The notes under the pieces: model-generated | Told to the model about the DNA's origin: nothing | The model's input: only the letters and a program-made list of their open reading frames with translations | Databases searched by the model: none | Position numbers and translations under genes: made by a program | Part shown: in pieces, positions 26,378 through 35,457 of the stretch | Layout: each line of letters begins with the position of its first letter | Position numbering within the stretch: position 1 is the first letter of the stretch | Assembly: GCA_041665545.1 (NCBI GenBank) | Contig: JBAYIQ010000001.1 | Coordinates: forward strand, 137,911-201,910 | Length of the DNA: 64,000 nt | Source: Patescibacteria group bacterium | GTDB taxonomy: Bacteria; Patescibacteriota; Patescibacteriia; UBA1558; GWA2-36-10 | Reading direction: 5' to 3'

Positions 26378-27772
26378 CTACGCTTTTTTTAATTTCAATT
26401 CGTCAAGTTGTTCCTTGCTAACTTCCGATGGCGAATCCATAAGCGGATCCCTATTATCCGTAGTTTTCGGGAAAGCAATGACTTCTTTGATACTCTGTTC
26501 GCCAGCCAAAATCATCAGCAATCTATCCAAACCAAAGGCAATACCGCCATGCGGAGGCACGCCATACTTAAAGGCCTCCATCAAATGTCCAAATTGATTT
26601 TGAATTTCTTTATCGCTATGTCCCAGAGCTTTGAATACTTTTTTCAAAACTTCAGGATCATGAGTACGGATGCTACCGCCAGCCACCTCCGAGCCATTGA
26701 GTACCAAGTCATACTGAAAAGCTTTAATGTCTTTCAAATCACCTTTTTCCACAACCGCTATTTTGTTTGGATCAAAAGCGGTAAAGGGATGATGCACTGC
26801 CCCCCAACGCTTATCACCTTCTTTGTATTCAAACATTGGAAAATCCACAACCCAAGCAAAGGCCAATTCATTATTATCATTTTTGTCTTTACGCAAATCT
26901 GGTTTATCGGAATTATATTTAGATATTGCTTCTTGAAAACTAATACGCGGAAAAGGCGTTTGCTGAATTTTTTTATTTGGTAAAATTTCTTTAACCAAAT
27001 CAATCATTAATTTTTCTGTCAAAACCAAAATGTCTTCTTGTTCCACAAAACTTTGCTCGATATCCAGTTGAGTAAACTCCGCTTGCCTATCTCCTCGCTG
27101 ATCTTCATCGCGGAAACAGCGCACAATCTGGCAATATTTGTCAAAACCAGCCACCATCAACATTTGTTTGTATTGTTGTGGTGATTGAGGTAAAGCATAA
27201 AATTTACCAGGATAATTACGGGATGGCACCAAAAAGTCGCGAGCACCTTCGGGCGTGCTTTTGGAAATGTATGGTGTTTCAATCTCAAGAAAATCCTGTT
27301 TATAAAGTTCATTTCTCAAAAAATTTATTACCTTGTGTCGTAATATAATATTATTTTGCAAACGCTCATGACGCAAATCTAAATAACGATATTTTAAACG
27401 CAATTCTTCATTGGCTTGACGTTCTTCATTGTCAATCTCAAAAGGCGGAGTTTCAGCCGAAGACAAAATTTCTATTTTTTTGGCCAACAACTCTACCCCA
27501 CCAGTAGGCATGTCCTTATTTATCTGTTTAACGCCTCTGGCCTGAACAATACCAGTAATCGCCAAAACAAACTCGGTCCTAACACCAGCCAAAATTGCTT
27601 GGGAAGCTTCATCTAACTCGGCGGGCACAGCTACAACCTGAACAATGCCCCAGCGATCTCGCAGGTCCAAAAAGGCAATTTTGCCCATATTGCGACGAAC
27701 ATTGACCCAACCCTTGAGTAATACTTCTTGGCCAACTAAATTGCTTGTTTCTATTGTTTTTGTTCTTGTCAT
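26378..27772 (-). CDS. aspS: aspartyl-tRNA synthetase (short, non-GAD-insert type)
   Basis: class II motifs; CFRDEDQRGDRQAEFTQLDIE matches AspRS motif 2 region; 464 aa. Confidence 0.85.
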   Translation of the reverse strand: MTRTKTIETSNLVGQEVLLKGWVNVRRNMGKIAFLDLRDRWGIVQVVAVPAELDEASQAILAGVRTEFVLAITGIVQARGVKQINKDMPTGGVELLAKKIEILSSAETPPFEIDNEERQANEELRLKYRYLDLRHERLQNNIILRHKVINFLRNELYKQDFLEIETPYISKSTPEGARDFLVPSRNYPGKFYALPQSPQQYKQMLMVAGFDKYCQIVRCFRDEDQRGDRQAEFTQLDIEQSFVEQEDILVLTEKLMIDLVKEILPNKKIQQTPFPRISFQEAISKYNSDKPDLRKDKNDNNELAFAWVVDFPMFEYKEGDKRWGAVHHPFTAFDPNKIAVVEKGDLKDIKAFQYDLVLNGSEVAGGSIRTHDPEVLKKVFKALGHSDKEIQNQFGHLMEAFKYGVPPHGGIAFGLDRLLMILAGEQSIKEVIAFPKTTDNRDPLMDSPSEVSKEQLDELKLKKA

Positions 27773-27780
27773 AAAATATA

Positions 27781-28083
27781 TTATTTACTATCAGTTTTTA
27801 ACAAAGACCAAATATCACTATTTATGTTTGAAAATAAAGCATGAGCTTCCATTTGATCCTTATCTGCCCTATAAGCATCTACCAACCCATGGCTGGTAAA
27901 ATAAATAGCATCTTGAATGGACTTATAGTGGCTAGACCAATTTTTAAATTTTTCCAAAAGCTCTTTAAAGGCAACTTTTGTTTTATCTTCCACCGCTGAT
28001 TCGTCAATCAAAGAACACCAAAGTAAAAATTTTTCTTCGATATGGCTGTCTGGGGCTTTAAAAATTTTATTTTCTGATAACAT
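27781..28083 (-). CDS. hypothetical protein
   Basis: 100-aa ORF, no recognised motif. Confidence 0.4.
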   Translation of the reverse strand: MLSENKIFKAPDSHIEEKFLLWCSLIDESAVEDKTKVAFKELLEKFKNWSSHYKSIQDAIYFTSHGLVDAYRADKDQMEAHALFSNINSDIWSLLKTDSK

Positions 28084-28094
28084 ATTAATTTTAA

Positions 28095-28170
28095 TGGAGC
28101 CACCCGTCGGAATTGAACCGACAACCTATGGTTTACGATACCATTGCTCTGCCAGTTGAGCTAGGGTGGC
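28095..28170 (-). tRNA. tRNA-Thr (anticodon CGT)
   Basis: GCCACCC acceptor, anticodon loop ATCGTAA, T-loop GGTTCAATTCC, CCA encoded. Confidence 0.85.
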
Positions 28171-28196
28171 AAATTTATAACTTTAATTATAAGGTT

Positions 28197-28270
28197 TATC
28201 GCCCAGAGGGCGACCCCGTCCCGCAACGCGAGATGGCGACACCACTGCTCTACCAATTGAGCCCGCCCGG
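28197..28270 (-). pseudogene. fossil 5' half of tRNA-Thr(CGT)-like gene fused to GC-rich hairpins
   Basis: GCCGGGCGGGCTCAATTGGTAGAGCAGTGGTGTCGCCA resembles 5' half of adjacent tRNA-Thr, then GC hairpins GCCCAGAGGGC etc. Confidence 0.5.
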
Positions 28271-28322
28271 CACGCCGATGGCGTAGCCATGGCGGAAGGG
28301 CTATCTCGGCCCAAGGCCGTCT

Positions 28323-29618
28323 TTATGGCCTTAATCTATAAATCGTCCTAGGAAACGGTATGGTCTCCCGGACATGTTCCAAGCCGCAAACCCAAGCCAC
28401 AATACGCTCTAAGCCAAAGCCAAAACCACCGTGTGGGACCGAACCATATTTTCGCAAATCCAAATACCACTCAAATTCTTTGAAGGGCAATTTATGCTCT
28501 TTGATGCTTTTTAGTATTGTGTCATAGTCATCTTCTCTTTGTGAACCACCGATTATTTCACCATAACCCTCAGGTGCCAACAAATCACTGCAGGCCGCCT
28601 TGTCTTTATCTTTCTGATCACGCTTCATGTAAAAAGCTTTTATCCGGCTTGGATAGTTATTTATAAAAATTGGATTGTCGTATTCTTTGGTCAGCATGGT
28701 TTCATCATCAGCCCCAAAATCATCACCATCTTTGATATCTGAGCCAAGCTTTTGTAATTTTTTTATGGCTTCAGAATAAGTCAAATGATAAAATGGCTTA
28801 TCAATATTTTGCAAAATCTTAACATCACGTTCTAATATTTCAAGTTCTGTTTTATTTTTTTCCAAAACTCGTTTGACCATGTGTCTGATCAATGCCTCTT
28901 GAGTGCCCATATTCTGTGTTAAGTCTACAAAAGCCATTTCAGCGTCCATCATCCAAAATTCTGTTAAGTGGCGTCTGGTCTTGGACTTTTCTGCTCTGAA
29001 AGTCGGACCAAAATCAAAAACGCGTCCATGAGCATAAATAGCTGCCTCTAAATAAAGCTGGCCACTCTGTGACAAATAAGCAGTTTCATCAAAATATTTT
29101 ACCGAAAATAAATCAGTTGTCCCTTCACAAGCACTAGGCGTCAAAATTGGTGAATCAATTTTAATAAAATTATTTTGCGCCATGAATTCATAAGTGGCCT
29201 GAATCAAAGTATTGCGTACGCGCTGGATAGCCCACTGCTTTTTGGAGCGCAACCACAAATGACGATTGTCCAGCAAAAAATCAATGCCATGATCTTTTTT
29301 GCTAATCGGATATTCTTCGGCAATCTGAAAAAAATCAAAATCTTTTACCAAAATTTCATATTCCTCTTTTTTGGGATGCTTGTTAACTAGGCCAATTATT
29401 TTCACCGAAGATTCTAGAGATGCTTTTTGGGCTAGCTCCCATTTGTCTTTTGGCAAATCATCGGCATTGACAATAGCTTGAGAAAAATCCGAGCCATCCC
29501 TAAGTTGCCAAAACATAATTTTGCCAGAAGAACGAAAATTATAAATCCAACAGCGAATCTCTACTTCTTGGCCGACAAATTGAGCTAAATCTTTTAATAA
29601 TATTGCTTGCATAATCAT
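28323..29618 (-). CDS. asnS: asparaginyl-tRNA synthetase (start revised to MIMQAILLKDL)
   Basis: GPTFRAEKSKTRRHLTEFWMMDAEMAF matches AsnRS motif 2/3; class II; N-terminal 28 aa of track ORF likely spurious. Confidence 0.8.
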   Translation of the reverse strand: MIMQAILLKDLAQFVGQEVEIRCWIYNFRSSGKIMFWQLRDGSDFSQAIVNADDLPKDKWELAQKASLESSVKIIGLVNKHPKKEEYEILVKDFDFFQIAEEYPISKKDHGIDFLLDNRHLWLRSKKQWAIQRVRNTLIQATYEFMAQNNFIKIDSPILTPSACEGTTDLFSVKYFDETAYLSQSGQLYLEAAIYAHGRVFDFGPTFRAEKSKTRRHLTEFWMMDAEMAFVDLTQNMGTQEALIRHMVKRVLEKNKTELEILERDVKILQNIDKPFYHLTYSEAIKKLQKLGSDIKDGDDFGADDETMLTKEYDNPIFINNYPSRIKAFYMKRDQKDKDKAACSDLLAPEGYGEIIGGSQREDDYDTILKSIKEHKLPFKEFEWYLDLRKYGSVPHGGFGFGLERIVAWVCGLEHVRETIPFPRTIYRLRP

Positions 29619-29712
29619 TATTTTTATATGTAAATAATACCTAAAAATACGCTTTATTACAAGTAAGATAACTAAATAAAAAATGCTCAAAAATACCAAC
29701 AAAACATACCCC

Positions 29713-29741
29713 TTGACAGGTTTTTAATTATATGCTATCAT
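29713..29741 (+). promoter_or_regulatory. promoter TTGACA-17-TATCAT upstream of candidate RNase P RNA
   Basis: ccttgacaggtttttaattatatgctatcat. Confidence 0.45.
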
Positions 29742-29761
29742 ATTTTATTGATCTTCGAAAT

Positions 29762-30110
29762 AACGAGTTGGGGGGTGTTGGGACGCTCGAGAAGTCCTGG
29801 GGACACCTGCTAGTTGTGGTCAGGGCCCGAACTGTTTGGGCTCGCTGTAATCCCGCAAAGGTTAGCGGGTGCAGTTTATCAGACCACGGATGGCAATCCT
29901 GATCCTTGTCTGTTGGGACAATGGGGATGGACCCGTCTTATCGTCGTCCCGAGGCCTCGGGCGACCAGCTGGCAGTGCCGATTTTTGAAAAACGTTCCCC
30001 ACAGACGGTGACGTGAAGCGCTCACGTTTCCTAGCGGGGATATCCTTGGCCAGGAGAGAATACAGGCCTCGGCTTACCTTCAGGACTTGTCCTGGCACCC
30101 CCCGTGTTCC
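29762..30110 (+). ncRNA. rnpB: candidate RNase P RNA (bacterial type A-like)
   Basis: P1 pairing GGGGGGTG (29769-29776) with CACCCCCC (30096-30103); CR-I-like GAGAAGTCCTGGGG; CR-IV-like ACAGGCCTCGGCTTA (30062-30076); GC-rich about 340 nt with own promoter and terminator. Confidence 0.55.
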
Positions 30111-30116
30111 TACCGA

Positions 30117-30165
30117 TGAGGAGTCTTTGTCTACACCATGGCAAGACTCCTTTTCTTTTTGTTTA
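30117..30165 (+). terminator. rho-independent terminator after RNase P RNA
   Basis: ggagtctttgtctacaccatggcaagactcc + ttttcttttt. Confidence 0.55.
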
Positions 30166-30220
30166 AAATAAAGAAATACCGCCGTCGAACCAGTGGGTTC
30201 GATGGCGGTACGAAATGTCC

Positions 30221-30412
30221 CTACACCTTCATGCAGGGAGCGTGAGGTGTGTCGCGATGCAAGCGCAGCTTCTCGGGAGTGATGTTGTTCCCGCACTCCG
30301 CCATACTGCACTTGACGCAATGCTCGCTCTTGAGGTGCCGAAGCCCCCTTTCCGAACGCGGAAGCGTTCTCCTGTTCGCATTGTTCCCCTTGGTGACCTG
30401 CTTCTTGCCCAT
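30221..30412 (-). CDS. small GC-rich Cys-containing protein (64 aa), moron-like cassette B
   Basis: start MGKKQVTKGNN preceded by AAGGAGGG SD; Cys cluster HCVKCSMAECGNN; promoter TTGACA-17-CATAAT at 30461-30489 (minus); 14-bp GC hairpin terminator 30178-30212. Confidence 0.45.
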   Translation of the reverse strand: MGKKQVTKGNNANRRTLPRSERGLRHLKSEHCVKCSMAECGNNITPEKLRLHRDTPHAPCMKV

Positions 30413-30547
30413 GGGTCCCTCCTTGAGATACATGATCACCAACGAAAGAGCAGTCTATATATTATGTATAGAAATTATTCTTTTGTCAAACAAACAACCC
30501 GCCCGCCACCGCATTGCGGGGCGAAACGGGTTGAAATTAAAAATAAT

Positions 30548-31720
30548 TTATACTGTAACGGTTGCTCTTTGTTTGCGCCGACCAAAAAATACTACAAAAA
30601 AAGCAATTAAACAAAATAAAGCACTAACAAAAAATGGCAGATGTAAATGAGTCTGAAATAAAAAGCCAGCAATCAGTGGCCCAAAAATTGAAGCCATATC
30701 AGATAAGGCGGTTAAAGTACCCAAAACTTCACCGCGTCTTTGTGGATCGGCACTACCGACAGTAATGCTATTCATTATGGCGCGCAAAACACCTTGAGAA
30801 AAAGTGGTTATGAATACGCCCAAGAAAAAAATAATTGGAAACCATGATCCCATAAAAATAAAACCAACTACACACAACAATAACAACCAGAGCTCTAATT
30901 GAAGCACCTTAAATCTTTTTAACCAAAAATGCTTTAGGGCTAGGCCTTGGTTAATGACTAAAACAACACCCATTATAGTGATGACCATACCACTCAAAAA
31001 GGAACTAAAGTGCAAAACATCTTTGAAATAGATGGCCAAAATTGATTGCATGCCAAAAGCCGCCATTCCAAAGAAAAACCAAGAAGCAAATGATGGCCAC
31101 AGCGGTTTATTTAGCACGGCCCGCTTGAGTGGCACAAAAGGATTGATACTGATCTTACCTGATGTGCGATGATTGATATTTGATTCGGGCAAATATTTCC
31201 AAGAAATAATGGCATTAACTAAAGCCAAAAAACCCACAAATAGAAAAGGAAAATTTGGTGAAATGGCGCTTAGCACACCACCAATGAAGGGGCCGATCAC
31301 AAAACCTAAACCAAAAAGAGCGCCAATATAACCAAGATTGGTGGTTCTTTCTTTTTCATCTTTAGCCAAATCAACTAAATAGCCCTGGGCTGTAGATATA
31401 TTACCAGCGGCCAGACCATCGATCACTCTACCCAAAAATAATTGGAACACATTGTGAGCAGAGGCAAAGACAAACCAGCCAATGGAAGTGCTCAACAGTG
31501 ACAAAAATAAAACCGGCTTGCGACCATAGCGATCAGAAATTGCGCCTAAAACTGGATTGCTAAAAAACGAACAAAAAGCGTATACCGCAATCAAAGAAGT
31601 GATGGTCAAGGGCGAAATTCCAAAAGAACTAACAAAAAAAGGCAGGACTGGTATGATGATACCCAGTCCAACAACATCTATTAAGACCGTGAATAATATT
31701 AACGATTTCGCTCTTGGCAT
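30548..31720 (-). CDS. MFS transporter
   Basis: 12 TM; GAISDRYGRKPVL MFS motif A. Confidence 0.8.
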   Translation of the reverse strand: MPRAKSLILFTVLIDVVGLGIIIPVLPFFVSSFGISPLTITSLIAVYAFCSFFSNPVLGAISDRYGRKPVLFLSLLSTSIGWFVFASAHNVFQLFLGRVIDGLAAGNISTAQGYLVDLAKDEKERTTNLGYIGALFGLGFVIGPFIGGVLSAISPNFPFLFVGFLALVNAIISWKYLPESNINHRTSGKISINPFVPLKRAVLNKPLWPSFASWFFFGMAAFGMQSILAIYFKDVLHFSSFLSGMVITIMGVVLVINQGLALKHFWLKRFKVLQLELWLLLLCVVGFIFMGSWFPIIFFLGVFITTFSQGVLRAIMNSITVGSADPQRRGEVLGTLTALSDMASIFGPLIAGFLFQTHLHLPFFVSALFCLIAFFVVFFGRRKQRATVTV

Positions 31721-31721
31721 A

Positions 31722-32237
31722 TCAGATACGCTTGATTGATTTCAAAAAAATCCAAGCAATGATGCCACCCAAAAGGGCATTGAGTAATTGCTGATAGCTC
31801 ATCATACTACTAACCAGATTGGCTAGAGAGGTAGTTTTGATTATTTTAGAAACAAGTATACTAGCCAGAGAATAAATAAAAATATATTTAGCAAAACTAG
31901 CCACAGCCACAGCCAGCCAAAAATTTTTTTCTTTGAAATAATTAAAAAATAAGACTAATAAAATATTGCCAATAATAATCACTGGAATCAAGGGCAACAT
32001 GATGGCTGGCAAGAGTCCAGTACTAAAAGCAATCACGCTGGGTAAAAAACAAATTAACAAAGCATTGTTTGCTCCCAACATTATTACCGCAATATACAAC
32101 AAGGCGTTGACCAAAGGGCCAGTGATTTGCTGTAAAGGAAAAAGTGGCAACAAAGCAGCCAAACTCATCATGGCCAAAAGTTGTGTGACTACAACTATTT
32201 TTTTATCACTAATTGCTTCTGCTTTTGCTTCAGCCAT
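31722..32237 (-). CDS. small integral membrane protein (possibly ECF-transporter S-component-like)
   Basis: 5-6 TM, 171 aa; no diagnostic motif. Confidence 0.35.
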   Translation of the reverse strand: MAEAKAEAISDKKIVVVTQLLAMMSLAALLPLFPLQQITGPLVNALLYIAVIMLGANNALLICFLPSVIAFSTGLLPAIMLPLIPVIIIGNILLVLFFNYFKEKNFWLAVAVASFAKYIFIYSLASILVSKIIKTTSLANLVSSMMSYQQLLNALLGGIIAWIFLKSIKRI

Positions 32238-32239
32238 AT

Positions 32240-33958
32240 TTATATTTTGACCTGCCTGCTAGTTTTATTAAAATGCGTATGACAAATTTTGTGAATTATT
32301 TTTTTGTCAGTAAAATACTCGGCGTAAAGTTTTTTCATTTCCGGACTATCTTGAGCAGCTTTTAATTTAGAAGCAATGTCAATATTAAATAAACTCTTGG
32401 CTCTTTTGGCTCTAATTTTTTGATTAGTAGGCACTGGTTGTCCGCCACCGCCAATACAACCACCCGGACAAGCCATGACTTCCACATAATCATACTTAAC
32501 TTGTTTTTTCTTTAATTTTTTTAATAATTTTTCAGCTGAACCAGAACCACTGACAAAAGCCACTTTATATTCTTGGCCTTTTATTTTCAAAGTCGCTTCC
32601 CGCAAACCTGCTATGTCACTAGAATTTTGCCAGCAAATATTTGGTAATTTCTGGCCAGTCAGTTGAAAATATACTGTCCGCAAAGCTGACTCCATCACAC
32701 CACCTACGGCACCGTAAATAACTCCCGAGCCAGTCGGCCGACCCAGCGGGTCGTCTAGAGCTTTGGGCTTCAAATTTGGCAAATCAATTTTGTGTTTTTT
32801 AAATAAATAAGCTAATTCGCGTGTTGTCAGAACATAGTCAACTGGCTTTAGGCCATTTATTTTCAACTCCGATCTATTCATTTCCCATTTTTTGGCCACA
32901 CAAGGCATGACTGAAACCACAACTATATTTTTGGGATCTATTTTTTTGCTCTGAGCCCAATAAGTTTTTATTAATCCACCCAAATTTATCTGCGGAGAGC
33001 GAACCGTGGTCAGATTGGGAATAAACTCTGGATAAAAAAATTCAATGTATTTTACCCAAGATGGGCAACAAGAGGTGAACATTGGCAATGTACCTTTGGC
33101 TTCAACGCGCTCAATGAATTCCTTGGCTTCCTCAATAGTAGTCACATCAGAACCAACTGCTACATCAAAAACATAGTCAGCACCCAGCATCTTCAAGCCA
33201 GCTGAGAGCTTTTCGGTCACAATAGCGCCTGGTTCCAAGCCAAACTCCTCACCAATACTGACCCTGACACTAGGCGCAAATTGGAAAACCACTACTTTAT
33301 TTTTGTCTAACAAGGGCTTTTCTACACCTTCAAACTCGCCAGCGCCCTCAAAAGCACCCACCGGACAATGCACTAAACACTGACCGCAATAGATGCAGTC
33401 AATATTTTTATCTTTAGTGGGTACCACATTGAAAAAAGTATTGTCTTGCTCGTAAGTCAAAAAATCAACTCCCTGCTTATGACAAATCTCCACACAGTTA
33501 CCGCAATCAATGCACTTGGAACTGTCGTATTGCAAAGCCGTACTAAAAGGATAAGTGGGAAATTTATTTTTTCTATCTGGAAAACGAGTAATAGTAGAAT
33601 TAAATTTTTTGGCCAAATCTTTGATCTGGCACTTATACATATAGACACAGTCGTTGCACTCTTCACGGTGCTGAGCAAAAATCAATTCCATATTTACTTG
33701 CCGCGCCTTGGCAATCTCTTCTGACTCAGTGAAGACTTCCATACCCGGTGAAACATAAGTACTGCAAGAAGTAGGCAAACCTTTTTGGCCTTTAATCTCC
33801 ACCACACAAATACGACAATTTGGTTTGATTTCTAAATCCGGATGCCAACAAAGAGTTGGTATGTAAATACCATTGGCTTCAGCCGCTTGCAAGACGGCCT
33901 GGCCTTCTTCGGCGATTATTTTTTTATTATTTATTTTTATTTCAATTTTTTTGGCCAT
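32240..33958 (-). CDS. hydA: [FeFe]-hydrogenase catalytic subunit HydA
   Basis: 2Fe-2S N-term (CRICVVEI); two 4Fe-4S ferredoxin motifs (CIDCGNCVEIC, CIYCGQCLVHCP); H-cluster motifs TSCCPSW, MPCVAKKWE, ACPGGCIGGGGQP. Confidence 0.9.
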   Translation of the reverse strand: MAKKIEIKINNKKIIAEEGQAVLQAAEANGIYIPTLCWHPDLEIKPNCRICVVEIKGQKGLPTSCSTYVSPGMEVFTESEEIAKARQVNMELIFAQHREECNDCVYMYKCQIKDLAKKFNSTITRFPDRKNKFPTYPFSTALQYDSSKCIDCGNCVEICHKQGVDFLTYEQDNTFFNVVPTKDKNIDCIYCGQCLVHCPVGAFEGAGEFEGVEKPLLDKNKVVVFQFAPSVRVSIGEEFGLEPGAIVTEKLSAGLKMLGADYVFDVAVGSDVTTIEEAKEFIERVEAKGTLPMFTSCCPSWVKYIEFFYPEFIPNLTTVRSPQINLGGLIKTYWAQSKKIDPKNIVVVSVMPCVAKKWEMNRSELKINGLKPVDYVLTTRELAYLFKKHKIDLPNLKPKALDDPLGRPTGSGVIYGAVGGVMESALRTVYFQLTGQKLPNICWQNSSDIAGLREATLKIKGQEYKVAFVSGSGSAEKLLKKLKKKQVKYDYVEVMACPGGCIGGGGQPVPTNQKIRAKRAKSLFNIDIASKLKAAQDSPEMKKLYAEYFTDKKIIHKICHTHFNKTSRQVKI

Positions 33959-34946
33959 TTTTTTCAGGTGTAATAATTTTATAAATCAAACTACGAAATG
34001 GTCCGGGCACGCTCTTACCCAAGGCGCAAAAGCTAGTATTTTCCATAACCAAAAATAAATCATTCAAAATCGCTTGGTCAATCATGCGTTTGTGCACCAT
34101 TTCAGCCAGACGATAAACTCCCTCGCGACAAGGCGTGCATTTATCACAATTGGCTTCCATAAAAAACTTGGCCCAGCGATAAAGTAATAAATAGGGGTCA
34201 GTTTTTTGCTTGTCATAGACTACAATGGCGCCAGATCCGCCCACTGGGCGATCAAGCTCACTGCTTAAAAAAATCTCCCTGCTAGCGCCCCCACCAGCTT
34301 GCACAAAAAAATCTTTTTTGGGCCAAGAGCCAGTTTTTTCCAAAACATCTTTGATGGTCAAGTCCAAAGCCATTTCATGAACGCCTGATTTTTTGACATC
34401 ACCAGAAATCGTATAAAATCTGGTCTGCTGATAATCATCGTGCGCTATTTTGGAAACACAATAAAAAGTTTCAATATTATTTATCAGTGTAGGGTAGCCG
34501 TAAATACCTTTTTGACCGGGAAAAGGCGGTCTGATTCTTGGGCGCGCTAATTTATTTTCTATTTCCTCACAGACAACAGTTTCTTCGCCAGACAAATATC
34601 CACCCTTTTCTTCAAAGACCGTAATTGGCGCTTTGCCAATTATTTTTTCCAAGGGTTTTTTGAAACGGCGATAATATTTTTTGTTTAAATAAATTATACC
34701 CACACTTCCAGGGATACAAGCCAGAGCTTGCTTAACTCCATCAACTAAAATATTAGCGTGATGTTGTAAAATAAAAAAATCTTTGTGGACATTGGGTTCA
34801 CCTTCTGAACCATTAGCCACAATATATTTTTTGCTCCCACTGGCATCAAGCACCATTTGCCACTTCAAATAAGTAGGATAGGCGGCTCCGCCACGCCCTA
34901 GTAAATTACTTTGTTTTAATTTTTGTATTAAATCTTTTTTAGCCAT
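33942..34946 (-). CDS. NuoF/HydB-like NADH-binding FMN flavoprotein subunit (short form)
   Basis: GRGGAAYPTYLKW (NuoF GRGGAGFPTGLKW), 4Fe-4S CDKCTPCREG. Confidence 0.8.
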   Translation of the reverse strand: MAKKDLIQKLKQSNLLGRGGAAYPTYLKWQMVLDASGSKKYIVANGSEGEPNVHKDFFILQHHANILVDGVKQALACIPGSVGIIYLNKKYYRRFKKPLEKIIGKAPITVFEEKGGYLSGEETVVCEEIENKLARPRIRPPFPGQKGIYGYPTLINNIETFYCVSKIAHDDYQQTRFYTISGDVKKSGVHEMALDLTIKDVLEKTGSWPKKDFFVQAGGGASREIFLSSELDRPVGGSGAIVVYDKQKTDPYLLLYRWAKFFMEANCDKCTPCREGVYRLAEMVHKRMIDQAILNDLFLVMENTSFCALGKSVPGPFRSLIYKIITPEKNGQKN

Positions 34947-35014
34947 AATTAAATATTATTTTACCATATTTTGGCCTTAAAGAAAAATTTGACAAAAAGA
35001 AAACAGGGAGGACT

Positions 35015-35368
35015 TTGCCTGATGGCGCGATCCTCCCTGTGCGTGGTACAAGCGGCCATTCGGCCGCGCGGCGTTCGGGCTTGGCCAAACATCCAGACTG
35101 CACCTGTCCAGACCCACTTGTAGACAACGGCGAATTCCGCTGTAGACGAATGGTCGTTGACCTTAGGGCTCCTAGCCGCAATACCCGATATCGGTGGGCT
35201 CCGCTGGCTCGGTATCAGCCAGAACAACGACTATGGCGTTGTTATGAGAAATATGTGGAGGCCCAAGCGCTTGGTATTTGGCCAGCTGACCAGCCGAACC
35301 CGCCAAGGGAAGAGCCGAACAGCGGTCTAGCCGTGGCTTTGGGCCCCCTTGAAAAAAGAGCGTACTAA
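35015..35368 (+). CDS. GC-rich hypothetical ORF (cassette C); could alternatively be noncoding
   Basis: GGGAGGA SD before ATG; GC far above flanks; terminator ctgccaaaattagcag+T at 35421-35450. Confidence 0.3.
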   Translation: MPDGAILPVRGTSGHSAARRSGLAKHPDCTCPDPLVDNGEFRCRRMVVDLRAPSRNTRYRWAPLARYQPEQRLWRCYEKYVEAQALGIWPADQPNPPREEPNSGLAVALGPLEKRAY

Positions 35369-35457
35369 GGGGAAATAGTAGCATAATATCTAATTTGTGT
35401 CAATAACAACAAAAAACTGCCAAAATTAGCAGTTTTTTAGATGACAACCAATATTTA

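Noticed and set aside
29814-30320. ORFs 29814..30011 (+) and 29862..30320 (-)
   Set aside because: They lie across the candidate RNase P RNA and its terminator; GC-rich noncoding DNA produces long random ORFs.
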